A stretch of 64,000 bases of DNA from an uncultured archaeon (GCA_964640195.1 CAZXIC010000005.1:4996-68995); one strand, 5' to 3'; shown: positions 28,818 through 37,137, counted from the first letter of the stretch. Notes: generated by a model from the sequence alone, not told the origin. Translations and numbers: made by a program.

Positions 28818-29674
28818 ATTACAGCGAGCTGTTGCTGAACAGCGCAGAAAAATTCAGTTCAATTGTCTGCATGGGAGCAGACCCAGTGATTGAAAGGATT
28901 CCCATAAAAGAAAAGGATGTTGAGAAAAAGATTGCAAAATTCTATTCGGAGATAATTGACGCAGCGGTTGCAGAGAACGCTGTTCCCGGCACCGTGAAGC
29001 CGAATTACGCTTTTTACGCCCAGTACGGCTTTCCAGGCCTGCGGGCGCTGAAAACAGTCTGCGGGCTTGCCAGGGAAAAGGGCATTCCCTTGGTCCTTGA
29101 CGCAAAGAGGGGAGACATTGGCAAGACAAACGCCGCTTATGCCAGGGAGGCGTTTGAATTCTGGCAAGCAGACTGCGTTACGCTCAGCCCGTTCCTGGGC
29201 AGTGACAGCGTTGAGCCGTTCGTGCAGCAGTGCGAGCAGAAGGGAAAAGGTGTTTACCTGCTGAACAGGACAAGCAATCCCGGGGCTGCAGAGATACAGA
29301 ACCTTGTCTGCAGCGGAAAGGAATTCTATTCTATCATTTCCGAAAAAATCGTTGAATGGGGCGCGAAAGCGCATGGAAATGTCGGTGCTGTCGTTGGCGC
29401 AACATCAATTGCAGAGTTTGAAAAAATCGCCTCCTTTTTCGCTGAAAGCGGTGCAAAAGTGCCCATGCTGATTCCCGGGGTTGGAGCGCAGGGCGGCAGC
29501 GCAGCAGAGGTTGCTGATGCGATGCGGAAAGCAGGCTATGAGCTGCGCTTAGCGCGCATTAATTCAAGCAGCGGCATCAACTACGCTTTTGAGAAGCAGG
29601 AAACAGAAGATTTCGCAGGCGCTGCAGTGAAAGCGATAAAAGAACTGAACAGGGAAATCGGCTCACTGAAGTGA
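28814..29674 (+). CDS. pyrF: Orotidine-5'-phosphate decarboxylase (long/type 2 form)
   Basis: '[14 protein letters not shown]' active-site motif. ATGA overlap with pyrE. Confidence 0.9.
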   Translation: MNYSELLLNSAEKFSSIVCMGADPVIERIPIKEKDVEKKIAKFYSEIIDAAVAENAVPGTVKPNYAFYAQYGFPGLRALKTVCGLAREKGIPLVLDAKRGDIGKTNAAYAREAFEFWQADCVTLSPFLGSDSVEPFVQQCEQKGKGVYLLNRTSNPGAAEIQNLVCSGKEFYSIISEKIVEWGAKAHGNVGAVVGATSIAEFEKIASFFAESGAKVPMLIPGVGAQGGSAAEVADAMRKAGYELRLARINSSSGINYAFEKQETEDFAGAAVKAIKELNREIGSLK

Positions 29675-30216
29675 TTCCCGTGAAACTGAAAATCGGCGTG
29701 ATGGGCGGCGCAGGCGGCACTCACACAAAAGAGCTGCTGGAAAAGGCAGCCCTTGTTGGAAAAGCAATCGCCGAAAGCAACTGTACTCTTTTTTACGGCG
29801 CAACAATCGGCCTGCCGCTGGAAGCGGCAAGGGCTGCAAAGGAAGCCGGCGCAACAGTTGTTGGAGTTAGCCCTGCTGCAAACGAAAAAGAGCACACAGA
29901 GGAATACCGCCTTCCAACCGAACCGTGCGATGCTGTTATTTTCACTGGCTACGGATTTCCCGGCAGGAATGTCATTCTTGTAAGAAGCTGCGACGCGATT
30001 GTAATAATCGGCGGCAGAATCGGGACAATGAGCGAGTTTGCGGTTGCCTACGCAGAGCAGAGGCCGATTGGCGTTCTGCAGGGCAGCGGCGGATTTGCAG
30101 GCAAGGTGCAGGAAATTGAAAGAGATGTCCTAAAAGGGGAGATGCCAACTCAAATCGTCTTTGACGCAGAGCCGAAAAAGCTGGTTGAAAAGCTGCTGCA
30201 GGCGCTGCGAAAGTGA
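29671..30216 (+). CDS. SLOG/LOG-superfamily (TIGR00725-like) Rossmann protein
   Basis: 'KIGVMGGAGG', 'GATIGLPLEAARAAKEAGATVVGVSP' and 'IIGGRIGTMSEFAVAY' resemble LOG/TIGR00725 proteins. The GTG start overlaps the pyrF stop (GTGA). Confidence 0.7.
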   Translation: MIPVKLKIGVMGGAGGTHTKELLEKAALVGKAIAESNCTLFYGATIGLPLEAARAAKEAGATVVGVSPAANEKEHTEEYRLPTEPCDAVIFTGYGFPGRNVILVRSCDAIVIIGGRIGTMSEFAVAYAEQRPIGVLQGSGGFAGKVQEIERDVLKGEMPTQIVFDAEPKKLVEKLLQALRK

Positions 30217-30221
30217 TTTGA

Positions 30222-30542
30222 ATGGCAGGAAACAAAGTCCGGTGGGGCAAATTTGGCAGGATAGTAGTAAGTGCTATTGTGGTTATCGTTGGAGTCTTTT
30301 TTATGTTCTTTCGTTTAGAACAGATTAAAGATAATGCCATAGCACTTGCTGTAGGCGCTTCCTTCACTGGAAGTTTCATCTTCTGGTTTGTAGTATTCCT
30401 TATGTACCAAAAGCGCACCGATACTTATTTGCTAAATAAACTTGAAGCTATTGAACAAGAAATAAAACAAATGTCCAAGGAGTTAAACCACAAGCCAAAA
30501 ACAAAAAAATCAGAAATTGAAACCAAAAAGAAAGGGAATTGA
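30222..30542 (+). CDS. Small membrane protein, unknown function
   Basis: 106 aa with two hydrophobic helices followed by a K/E-rich helix. Confidence 0.45.
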   Translation: MAGNKVRWGKFGRIVVSAIVVIVGVFFMFFRLEQIKDNAIALAVGASFTGSFIFWFVVFLMYQKRTDTYLLNKLEAIEQEIKQMSKELNHKPKTKKSEIETKKKGN

Positions 30543-30609
30543 ACGAACAGTTTATTCCTTCCGTAACTTTATTATACTGCTTTTCACTTCTCTTATTCTG
30601 GAGATTTTT

Positions 30610-32142
30610 ATGCCTGACAGCAGGAGCGAGTACAGCCAGGTGATGGCTGTACTGCCTTTTGACATTGAAGCTAGGAGGATGATTTGCATCCTCAACCACG
30701 GGGATGCGGTTGAGCTCGGGCTGTTTCCGCTCGACAGGGCTGAAATAACGAACATGAGGAACGGCAAGAAGACTGTAACAGTGGTGGACGTAACGAAAAC
30801 AATGGTAGAGGAGAACCAGCTTGGAATTTTCCATGATGTAAAGGAAAGGCTTGCGGTTAAGGCAGGCGACAAGGTTAACGTAAAGCCTGTGGAAAAGCCG
30901 CAGTCAGTCAGCTTCATCAAAAAGAAGATGGAGGGCGAAGAACTGAACGAGTCAGAGATTTTGTCAATTGTGAGGGACATAAGCGCGAACAGGCTGAGTG
31001 AAATAGAGACAAGCGCTTTCGTTGCGGCTGTCTACATCCACGGCTATACACTGGATGAAACAGTTGCGATGACAAAGGCTCTTACTGCAGATGGAAAGCA
31101 GCTAAAGCTTGACAAGGGCCCTGTCCTGGACAAGCACTGCATTGGCGGAATGAACGGCAGGAGCACAATGATTGTTGTGCCGATTGTGGCTGCAGCAGGC
31201 TACTACATCCCGAAAACAAGCAGCAGGAGCATTACCTCTGCTGCGGGAACAGCTGACGTGATGGAAATCCTTGCCGATGTATGCCTCTCCCTTGAGAAGA
31301 TAAAGAGGATAACCGAAAGGGTTGGGGGCGTAATCGCCTGGGGCGGCGCCCTGGACCTTGCACCGGTTGATGACGAGATAATCAAAATAGAGCACCCTTT
31401 TGCCCTTGACCCCATCGGGCAGATAATTGCCAGCGTGATGGCGAAAAAGGCAAGCGTTGGCAGCGAGTACATCGTTGTTGACCTGCCCGTTGGCCAGGAC
31501 GTGAAAATCCACACGAGGGAGCTCGGCGAGGAGATGGCGAAGAAATTCATTGAAGTCGGGAAAAAGCTCGGCATGAGGGTGGAGGCAGTGCTCACAGACG
31601 GCACTGAGCCGAGCGGCAAAGCGTTTGGGCCGGCACTTGAAGCAAAGCACGCCATGCAGATTCTGGAGGGCGAATTTTTTGACAACCTTGCGCAGAAGAG
31701 CTGCGAGCTTGCCGGCGCCTTGTTCGAGCTGGTTGGAAAGACAAAGAAGGGAAAAGGCTACGCGCTTGCAAAGGAAATCCTGCAGAGCGGAAAGGCACTG
31801 CAAAAAATGCAGCAAATAATCAAGGCGCAGGGCGCGAGATGCCTGAAGAGCAGCGACGTTGCCCTCTGCAACACAAAGGCAACCGTCAGGGCAGGCGCCT
31901 TCGGCGAAATCAGCAGGATAAATGTAAGGGAGTGCATTAGCATCGCAAGGATTGCCGGTTCACCAGGAGACAAAAAGGCAGGGCTGCTTCTGCATGTAGA
32001 AGAGGGCGAGAAAATAAAGAAAGGCCAGCCCATGTTCACAATCTACAGCGGGAACAGGCGGAAACTGCGGTTGGCAGAGCATTATGCGAAAAAAGCGAGT
32101 GTTATCGAACTGCAGAAAATCATCCTGCAGAAATTCCAGTAA
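30610..32142 (+). CDS. deoA: AMP phosphorylase (thymidine-phosphorylase family with archaeal N-terminal extension)
   Basis: The N-terminal domain and 'FIKKKMEGEELNESEILSIVRDISANRLSEIETSAFVAAVYIHGYTLDE' align closely with Thermococcus AMP phosphorylase as I recall it. 'DKHCIGG' and 'SSRSITSAAGTADVME' are also present. Start at ATG 30610 or 30643. Confidence 0.88.
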   Translation: MPDSRSEYSQVMAVLPFDIEARRMICILNHGDAVELGLFPLDRAEITNMRNGKKTVTVVDVTKTMVEENQLGIFHDVKERLAVKAGDKVNVKPVEKPQSVSFIKKKMEGEELNESEILSIVRDISANRLSEIETSAFVAAVYIHGYTLDETVAMTKALTADGKQLKLDKGPVLDKHCIGGMNGRSTMIVVPIVAAAGYYIPKTSSRSITSAAGTADVMEILADVCLSLEKIKRITERVGGVIAWGGALDLAPVDDEIIKIEHPFALDPIGQIIASVMAKKASVGSEYIVVDLPVGQDVKIHTRELGEEMAKKFIEVGKKLGMRVEAVLTDGTEPSGKAFGPALEAKHAMQILEGEFFDNLAQKSCELAGALFELVGKTKKGKGYALAKEILQSGKALQKMQQIIKAQGARCLKSSDVALCNTKATVRAGAFGEISRINVRECISIARIAGSPGDKKAGLLLHVEEGEKIKKGQPMFTIYSGNRRKLRLAEHYAKKASVIELQKIILQKFQ

Positions 32143-32144
32143 TG

Positions 32145-32966
32145 CTACCTGCTTAGGCTGTTGAATATCTGCACGAATTCCCTTACAGAAATAAGGTTGA
32201 CTTTCACGTTCTGCATCTGCAGCATCCTGGCTTTTTTCCTGAACTCTTTCTCTTTCACCCCAACTGCCTGCCTGAAGAAGGGGTATGCATCAAGCAATGC
32301 ATTCCTCAGGTTCTTGTTCTTGAACCTGAAAACAGACTTTATGAAAAGCGAGAATGCCTTTTTGTCAGCAACCCTGCCATGCCTCTGCGTTTTAACCATT
32401 TTCACGATGCAGCTTTCACCCTCTGGTTTCGGGAAAAAGCAGCCAGGCTCCAGCCTCTGCGCGATTTCTATGTCAAAGCTGTGCTGCGTCAAAACACTCA
32501 ATGCATTGTACTGCTTAAAGCCCGGCAGGGCAGCGAGCTTTTCCACGAACTCCCGCTGGAAAACGAGCACAGCCAGCTCCGAGCCATGTTGCAGCAGCCT
32601 GTACATTATTGCAGCGCTGTGACCATAGGGCGGCAGGGACACAACCTTGTTGAACCTGGGCAGCTGCACTTCCAGGAAGTCGCCGCAGATAACCTGCAGG
32701 TTTTTTTCAGGCAGCTCTTCCCTGAGAAGCCTGCACAGCGTTTCATCCAGCTCAACTGCCGCAACAGTGCAGTGCTGCTGCAGGTGCCTTGTGAGGAAGC
32801 CTGTGCCGCTGCCTATCTCAAGCACGGTGTCGGTGGCCTTCAGCTCTGCCAGCTCCACTATTTTAAGCAGCACCGCCTCGTTTACTATGAAGTGCTGCCC
32901 CCGCTTTTTGTTTGGTGCAAACCTGTAGCGCACCATCAGGTTCTGCAGCTCGTTAAAAAGAGCCAT
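32145..32966 (-). CDS. ksgA: 16S rRNA (adenine-N6,N6)-dimethyltransferase KsgA/Dim1
   Basis: 'KKRGQHFIVNEAVLLKIVE' and the SAM motif 'VLEIGSGTGFLT'. Confidence 0.92.
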   Translation of the reverse strand: MALFNELQNLMVRYRFAPNKKRGQHFIVNEAVLLKIVELAELKATDTVLEIGSGTGFLTRHLQQHCTVAAVELDETLCRLLREELPEKNLQVICGDFLEVQLPRFNKVVSLPPYGHSAAIMYRLLQHGSELAVLVFQREFVEKLAALPGFKQYNALSVLTQHSFDIEIAQRLEPGCFFPKPEGESCIVKMVKTQRHGRVADKKAFSLFIKSVFRFKNKNLRNALLDAYPFFRQAVGVKEKEFRKKARMLQMQNVKVNLISVREFVQIFNSLSR

Positions 32967-32971
32967 AAACG

Positions 32972-33550
32972 CTATCTTTTGAACAACCGCTTTTCCTTTG
33001 CCGGAGGCCTTGCGAAAAGGTAGTGATTCAGCCCGGGCTCCTGCAGCTCCAGCTCAATCCTCTTGACTATTGCCTTGAAGGGGTCAGGCAGGAATTTCAC
33101 CCTCTTGTTCAGGTCGTCAAAAGACTCAAACGGCTTTTTTGCCCTCTCCCTTATTATGTCCTGCATGTGCTTTTTCCCAAATCCCGGCAGCAGCTCCAGC
33201 TGGTGCCTCCTGATTGTGACAGACCCGGCAGTGTTGTAAAAATCCAGGAAGCGCTTCTGGTCATCCTTGACAATTTTTTCAATCGCCTTCTCCAATTCAG
33301 CTACAGCCGTAGAGGTCAGTTCCTCGAATTTTATCCTCCTCTTTATGTAGTCTATCTTATCCCTCTCCTCCTTTCCAACGTAGATGCTTTCCATGACTTT
33401 AAGCTCTGCCTTTGGGATAACCTCAAGCAGCGTAAAGAACTGTTCGCCAAGCACCTGCGCAAACGGCTCGCTCTTGTAGCTGTCGGGCTTCCCCTTCGGC
33501 AGATAATCCAGTACCAATGCCTTTTCCTCGTTCGGCATGCCTAAAACCAA
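32972..33550 (-). CDS. DUF655-family protein (conserved archaeal partner of ksgA/rpo4)
   Basis: 'EEKALVLDYLPKGKP...AQVLGEQFFTLLEV' plus a C-terminal helix-hairpin-helix-like region. Sits in the conserved L21e-rpo4-DUF655-ksgA neighbourhood. Confidence 0.75.
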   Translation of the reverse strand: MVLGMPNEEKALVLDYLPKGKPDSYKSEPFAQVLGEQFFTLLEVIPKAELKVMESIYVGKEERDKIDYIKRRIKFEELTSTAVAELEKAIEKIVKDDQKRFLDFYNTAGSVTIRRHQLELLPGFGKKHMQDIIRERAKKPFESFDDLNKRVKFLPDPFKAIVKRIELELQEPGLNHYLFARPPAKEKRLFKR

Positions 33551-33556
33551 CCCTCT

Positions 33557-33892
33557 TTATTTCTTGTATTTCTTGACCAAAAGCAGTATTTTCTGCAGCG
33601 TTTGCTCATTCAGCTTTGAATCCTTGGGCAGGAACAGCTGCAGTATTTCCTTCTTTTCCGGCAGGATGTCAACGATTTTCACAACAACCGCATCGCTAAG
33701 CCCGACGATTTTCCGCAGCTCTGCCTGCAGCTTCTCGCTGCTGGCAACACTGAGCTTTGAGAACTTTTTAGAATACTTGAGCGTCAAATCCTGCTCGTAG
33801 CCCAGGTCTTTCTCCTTCTTCCTCTCAGACAGCAGCTGCTTTACCTCATTCAAGCTCACTGGCTTCTGATGCAGCAGCTTTTCCCCAATCAT
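33557..33892 (-). CDS. rpo4: RNA polymerase subunit Rpo4 (RpoF)
   Basis: 111 aa from ATG 33892: 'MIGEKLLHQKPVSLNEVKQLLSERKK..'. The position next to L21e supports the call. The longer 213-aa ORF overlaps L21e out of frame and was rejected. Confidence 0.8.
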   Translation of the reverse strand: MIGEKLLHQKPVSLNEVKQLLSERKKEKDLGYEQDLTLKYSKKFSKLSVASSEKLQAELRKIVGLSDAVVVKIVDILPEKKEILQLFLPKDSKLNEQTLQKILLLVKKYKK

Positions 33893-33897
33893 CTGCC

Positions 33898-34188
33898 TCA
33901 CACTCCTGCTTCCCTGAGGTGGGCGCTGTGAACCAGCAGCCTTTTCTGCAGGCTGCCTTTCCTGACAACAACCGCGTGCAGCTTGCCCTGCTTTCCCGCC
34001 ACAACGCCGCTGCTGCCGTGATACCCTTTGTGGGGCATCCCGCTGTGCTCTGCCGGGTTTATCAATACCCTTACCCTGCTGCCATCCTTGAATTCCCTGA
34101 GCAGCTGGTTGACAGTTGCCTTTTTTCCAGTGCCTTTCATCTTGCTCCTGGTCTTGGCTCTCTTGCCCCTTGCCTTCTTGTTGCTCAC
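33898..34188 (-). CDS. rpl21e: Ribosomal protein eL21 (L21e)
   Basis: 'KARGKRAKTRSKM..REFKDGSRVRVLINPAEHSGMPHKGYHGSSGVV' is typical L21e. GTG start preceded by AGGTGA. Confidence 0.9.
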   Translation of the reverse strand: MSNKKARGKRAKTRSKMKGTGKKATVNQLLREFKDGSRVRVLINPAEHSGMPHKGYHGSSGVVAGKQGKLHAVVVRKGSLQKRLLVHSAHLREAGV

Positions 34189-34467
34189 AGCAATTCACCT
34201 TTTCGCCAAATATATCTACTCAAGCTAATACAGCGAATAAGAATAAGGGTGCTGGGAAAAATTTAAAAAACCGTTCAAGGCGGCTGTGCAGCCTGCTGGA
34301 ACGGTACGTGGGGCGGGTGCACCGTAACCCGCTCTCCCGCGCTTCGGCTTTGTTACAAAAGTAGGGTATTTTTGCAACAGAATTGCTAAAAACAGCAAGT
34401 TGTTGAAAAATCACCGGAAGTCTCCTCTATCGTAAGCCATTTAAAAGCCAAAGTATAAGGCTTAATT

Positions 34468-35088
34468 ATGGGCCATTTATTTTTGGATATTGAAACTTAT
34501 TCTTCTCCAAAGAATAGCGATTCTTCACTTAATCCTCACATTGAAGGAGCGAAAGTAATTGTGGTCGCATACAATTACTACGATTCCTTTAAACCACCTA
34601 AAAAAGAAGCAATAAAGCCACCAACATTTTTGAAGGAATGGGAAAGTGATGAGAAAACAATTTTGACCCAATTTTATAAGTTTCTAAAGGAGGCGAGAAG
34701 GAATGACCCTTTTTTGAAAATAATTGGTTTTAATACAACAAAATTTGATTTACCATACTTGTTTGGGAGGATGTCATTGCTAAAAATAGCACCAGATGAG
34801 GAATTACATGAGCTTTTATTTGGACCTTTTGCTGTGGATATGTTTCAGCTTAGTGCCATAATATCCCCCATAACAAAACAATACGAGCAATTATGGACTA
34901 TGAATCACAAAGAAACCTCCTCTTTCTTTAAATTGCAGGAAAAAGAGGGAACTGGTTTGGGATGTAGCAGATTTTACGATGCTGAGGAGTTTGAAAAAAT
35001 AATGAAATATTGTACAGAAGAGTTCAATCTAGAACAGATGCTTGATTGCTTTTATCTCCATGTTCTTGAAACATCCCTCAAAGGATAG
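34468..35088 (+). CDS. Stand-alone RNase-H-fold 3'-5' exonuclease related to the family-B DNA polymerase exonuclease domain
   Basis: Exo I-like 'LFLDIETYS' and Exo II-like 'IIGFNTTKFDLPYLFGR' motifs. The gene is visibly AT-rich compared with its flanks. Confidence 0.65.
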   Translation: MGHLFLDIETYSSPKNSDSSLNPHIEGAKVIVVAYNYYDSFKPPKKEAIKPPTFLKEWESDEKTILTQFYKFLKEARRNDPFLKIIGFNTTKFDLPYLFGRMSLLKIAPDEELHELLFGPFAVDMFQLSAIISPITKQYEQLWTMNHKETSSFFKLQEKEGTGLGCSRFYDAEEFEKIMKYCTEEFNLEQMLDCFYLHVLETSLKG

Positions 35089-35210
35089 AGTCAATAAAAG
35101 GCGAGTTGTTGAAAAAATAACTCTTTTTTGAAACCCAACATTCTATTTATACTTTCCTGCTTGCAGAGGCAGGAAAGTTTTTATAGTGCTGTGAGTGTTA
35201 GTACCTTATC

Positions 35211-35819
35211 ATGTCAAAATGGAAATCTAGGAAAAAGAAAGAGAAGAAGAGATTAGCAAAAAATAAGTTAGTTCCAATGAATATTGTAAGAAGATGCCTT
35301 TACATCATAGAAAATCTAAGAACTATTTATCTAGATACCGCAATTTTGGGCTATAAAACAGACGCTGACAGAGAGCAGAGAAGTGGAAAAAGTTTGCTAT
35401 GGTTTGTAAAAAGACACAATCGTACAACATTCATCTCGTTTGTTGATGTTTATGAAATAAGGCCAATTTTTAGAATTAGAAAAGGAAAAGAGAGTTTAAA
35501 AAAGAAGATTATTGATGCAACAGAAGAATTCTCCCCAAAAGTTATTATGGAAAAAGAAACCTTGGAGACATTAAGAAAAAATAGAGATTTTCTGGACTTC
35601 CTCTTGAAGCTTGGAATTGAAGATGCTGACGCAGCTCATTTTACTATCGCTTTATTTAAGAAAATAGATTTGTTTGTAAGCTTTAACAAAAGAATATTTA
35701 AAAATAAAAAAACCAGAATCTTGAGGGAGGTAATGCGAAGAAGACTAAAAATGCCAGTAGTGTGGTGTATAGAAGATATAGAGTCAAATCTTGAAGAAAT
35801 GAAGAAGCATAATTTTTGA
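35211..35819 (+). CDS. Hypothetical protein, possibly PIN-like
   Basis: 202 aa, AT-rich and very basic. 'TIYLDTAILGY' and 'EDADAAHFTIALFKKIDLFVSFNKR' weakly resemble the first and last acidic motifs of PIN domains. The ORF is solid but the PIN assignment is weak. Confidence 0.4.
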   Translation: MSKWKSRKKKEKKRLAKNKLVPMNIVRRCLYIIENLRTIYLDTAILGYKTDADREQRSGKSLLWFVKRHNRTTFISFVDVYEIRPIFRIRKGKESLKKKIIDATEEFSPKVIMEKETLETLRKNRDFLDFLLKLGIEDADAAHFTIALFKKIDLFVSFNKRIFKNKKTRILREVMRRRLKMPVVWCIEDIESNLEEMKKHNF

Positions 35820-35824
35820 AACGG

Positions 35825-36043
35825 CTATTTGCTTAAATCTCGATAGAGGCCTATTTTACTAAACTCTCTTCTTAGCTTTCTAAAATATTTTGTAGCCCCT
35901 TCGTGAGAATAGATTTCCATCATCTTTGGGGCAGTAGCTATCTCAATCAGTTCTTTACTGTGCCCATTTGGCCCTATCCTAGGGTTATTAAAAAGCCGCA
36001 TATAGTCAATGCCAGTATTCTTGACCTTGCTCATCTTTCTCAC
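35825..36043 (-). CDS. Hypothetical small protein
   Basis: 72-aa ORF in the low-GC island. No family recognised. Confidence 0.35.
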   Translation of the reverse strand: MRKMSKVKNTGIDYMRLFNNPRIGPNGHSKELIEIATAPKMMEIYSHEGATKYFRKLRREFSKIGLYRDLSK

Positions 36044-36147
36044 TAAATAATTATCATTTAGGAATCTTTTTAAACTGGCATCAATTTAAGACAGCATAAT
36101 AAGAATTTTTGAACTATAAAAATTTATGCGTTGTCTACATAATTCCT

Positions 36148-36199
36148 GATTTTATGTGCAACTCATTACCTTTTATGTGCAGGATTGATTTTATGTGCA
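36148..36199 (+). repeat. Three direct copies of TTTTATGTGCA (two extended to GATTTTATGTGCA)
   Basis: Copies start at 36150, 36171 and 36189 (spacing 21 and 18 nt). They lie directly before the right-hand copy of the 12-nt repeat CCCGCGCTTCGG (36205-36216). Confidence 0.8.
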
Positions 36200-36251
36200 A
36201 ACCCCCCGCGCTTCGGGCTAAAACTCCCCTTTTTTAAATGTTTGCGAAGCC

Positions 36252-36261
36252 TTTTTATATA
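36252..36261 (+). promoter_or_regulatory. TATA-box-like element upstream of the TBP gene
   Basis: TTTTTATATA lies ~55 nt upstream of GTG 36316, with a GGGGAG Shine-Dalgarno-like element at 36300-36305. Confidence 0.45.
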
Positions 36262-36315
36262 GGGTTTTTAAAGCCCTTTTTAATGCCTTGAAAACAACCG
36301 GGGAGTTGATGCCTT

Positions 36316-36915
36316 GTGCGCTACACCATCGTGAACCTTGTTGCCTCAGCGAACCTGAACGCAACGCTTGACCTGTACAACCTTGCGATAACGATTCCGA
36401 ACATTGAGTATGAACCAGAGCAGTTTCCTGGCGCAATCCTGAAGCTGAAGGAGCCCAAAGTTTCAATGCTGCTGTTCAAGAACGGGAAAGTGATTTGCAG
36501 CGGCGCGAGCAGCGAGAGGGAAATCAGCCTTGCGATAAGGAAGGCAAGCAAGCTGATTCACGAGATACAGAAAAAGGTGAAGGTGCAGAAAAGGGTAAAG
36601 TACAACGTCGTTAACCTTGTTGCAACCGCTAACCTGAACCAGATGCTCGACCTGTTCCAGATTGCCCTGAAGCTTGACAACGTTGAATATGAGCCGGAGC
36701 AGTTTCCCGGCGCAATCCTCAGAATCAGCGAGCCAAAGCTTACCTTGCTCTTGTTCAAGAACGGCAAAATGATTTGCGCCGGCGCAAAGAGGGAATCGCT
36801 GTTGAAAAGGGGCCTCAAGGTTGCGGCAGAGCTGATTGTCGGAAAACGGAGGAAAAAAGCTGCAAAAAAGCAGGGCAAGGCAGGGAAGAAGAAGGCAAAA
36901 GGAAAAAGAAAGTAG
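36316..36915 (+). CDS. tbp: TATA-box-binding protein with basic C-terminal tail
   Basis: Two direct repeats: 'IVNLVASANLNATLDLYNLAI..EYEPEQFPGAILKLKEPKVSMLLFKNGKVICSGA' and 'VVNLVATANLNQMLDLFQIAL..EYEPEQFPGAILRISEPKLTLLLFKNGKMICAGA'. GTG is the first possible start, with an in-frame stop 9 nt upstream. Tail 'GKRRKKAAKKQGKAGKKKAKGKRK'. Confidence 0.95.
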   Translation: MRYTIVNLVASANLNATLDLYNLAITIPNIEYEPEQFPGAILKLKEPKVSMLLFKNGKVICSGASSEREISLAIRKASKLIHEIQKKVKVQKRVKYNVVNLVATANLNQMLDLFQIALKLDNVEYEPEQFPGAILRISEPKLTLLLFKNGKMICAGAKRESLLKRGLKVAAELIVGKRRKKAAKKQGKAGKKKAKGKRK

Positions 36916-36962
36916 GGGAAAAACAAGCCTTCCGGGAACCGCAAAAACGCAGGAAAGCAAGC

Positions 36963-36971
36963 TTTTTAAAG
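36963..36971 (+). promoter_or_regulatory. TATA-box-like element of the 5S rRNA gene
   Basis: TTTTTAAAG is centred ~26 nt upstream of the predicted 5S 5' end. Confidence 0.5.
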
Positions 36972-36992
36972 TAGTGCAAACCAATTATATTT

Positions 36993-37110
36993 GATTAGCG
37001 GCCATGCCGCAGGGGAAACACCTGGACTCATTCCGAACCCAGAAGTTAAGCCCTGCAGGGAAAAGGTTCGCGCTGAGCTGCTGCTTGGAGCGGTCTAGAC
37101 GCTGCTAATC
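36993..37110 (+). rRNA. rrf: 5S ribosomal RNA (stand-alone gene)
   Basis: GATTAGCGGCCATGCCGCAGGGGAAACACCTGGACTCATTCCGAACCCAGAAGTTAAGCCCTGCAGGG...GCTGCTAATC. Helix I pairs GATTAGC with GCTAATC. The universal 'CCGAACCC..GAAGTTAAGCC' loop C/helix III motif is present. No 16S/23S is nearby. Confidence 0.88.
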
Positions 37111-37114
37111 ATTA
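37098..37114 (+). repeat. Left copy of the 17-bp direct repeat GACGCTGCTAATCATTA (last 13 nt of 5S plus 4 nt)
   Basis: Exact match to 37823-37839. Confidence 0.9.
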
Positions 37115-37137
37115 AACTAATAGAAGGCCTTTAATCG

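Noticed and set aside
33893-34198. The upstream part of the 213-aa ORF 33557-34198.
   Set aside because: It overlaps the genuine L21e gene in another frame. Rpo4 homology begins at ATG 33892.
34262-34347. A tRNA or tRNA fragment as the attachment site of the low-GC island; also a split-tRNA half, as in Nanoarchaeum.
   Set aside because: No cloverleaf, no T-loop (UUCRANY) and no acceptor pairing could be drawn on either strand. The two CCCGCGCTTCGG copies are direct rather than complementary.
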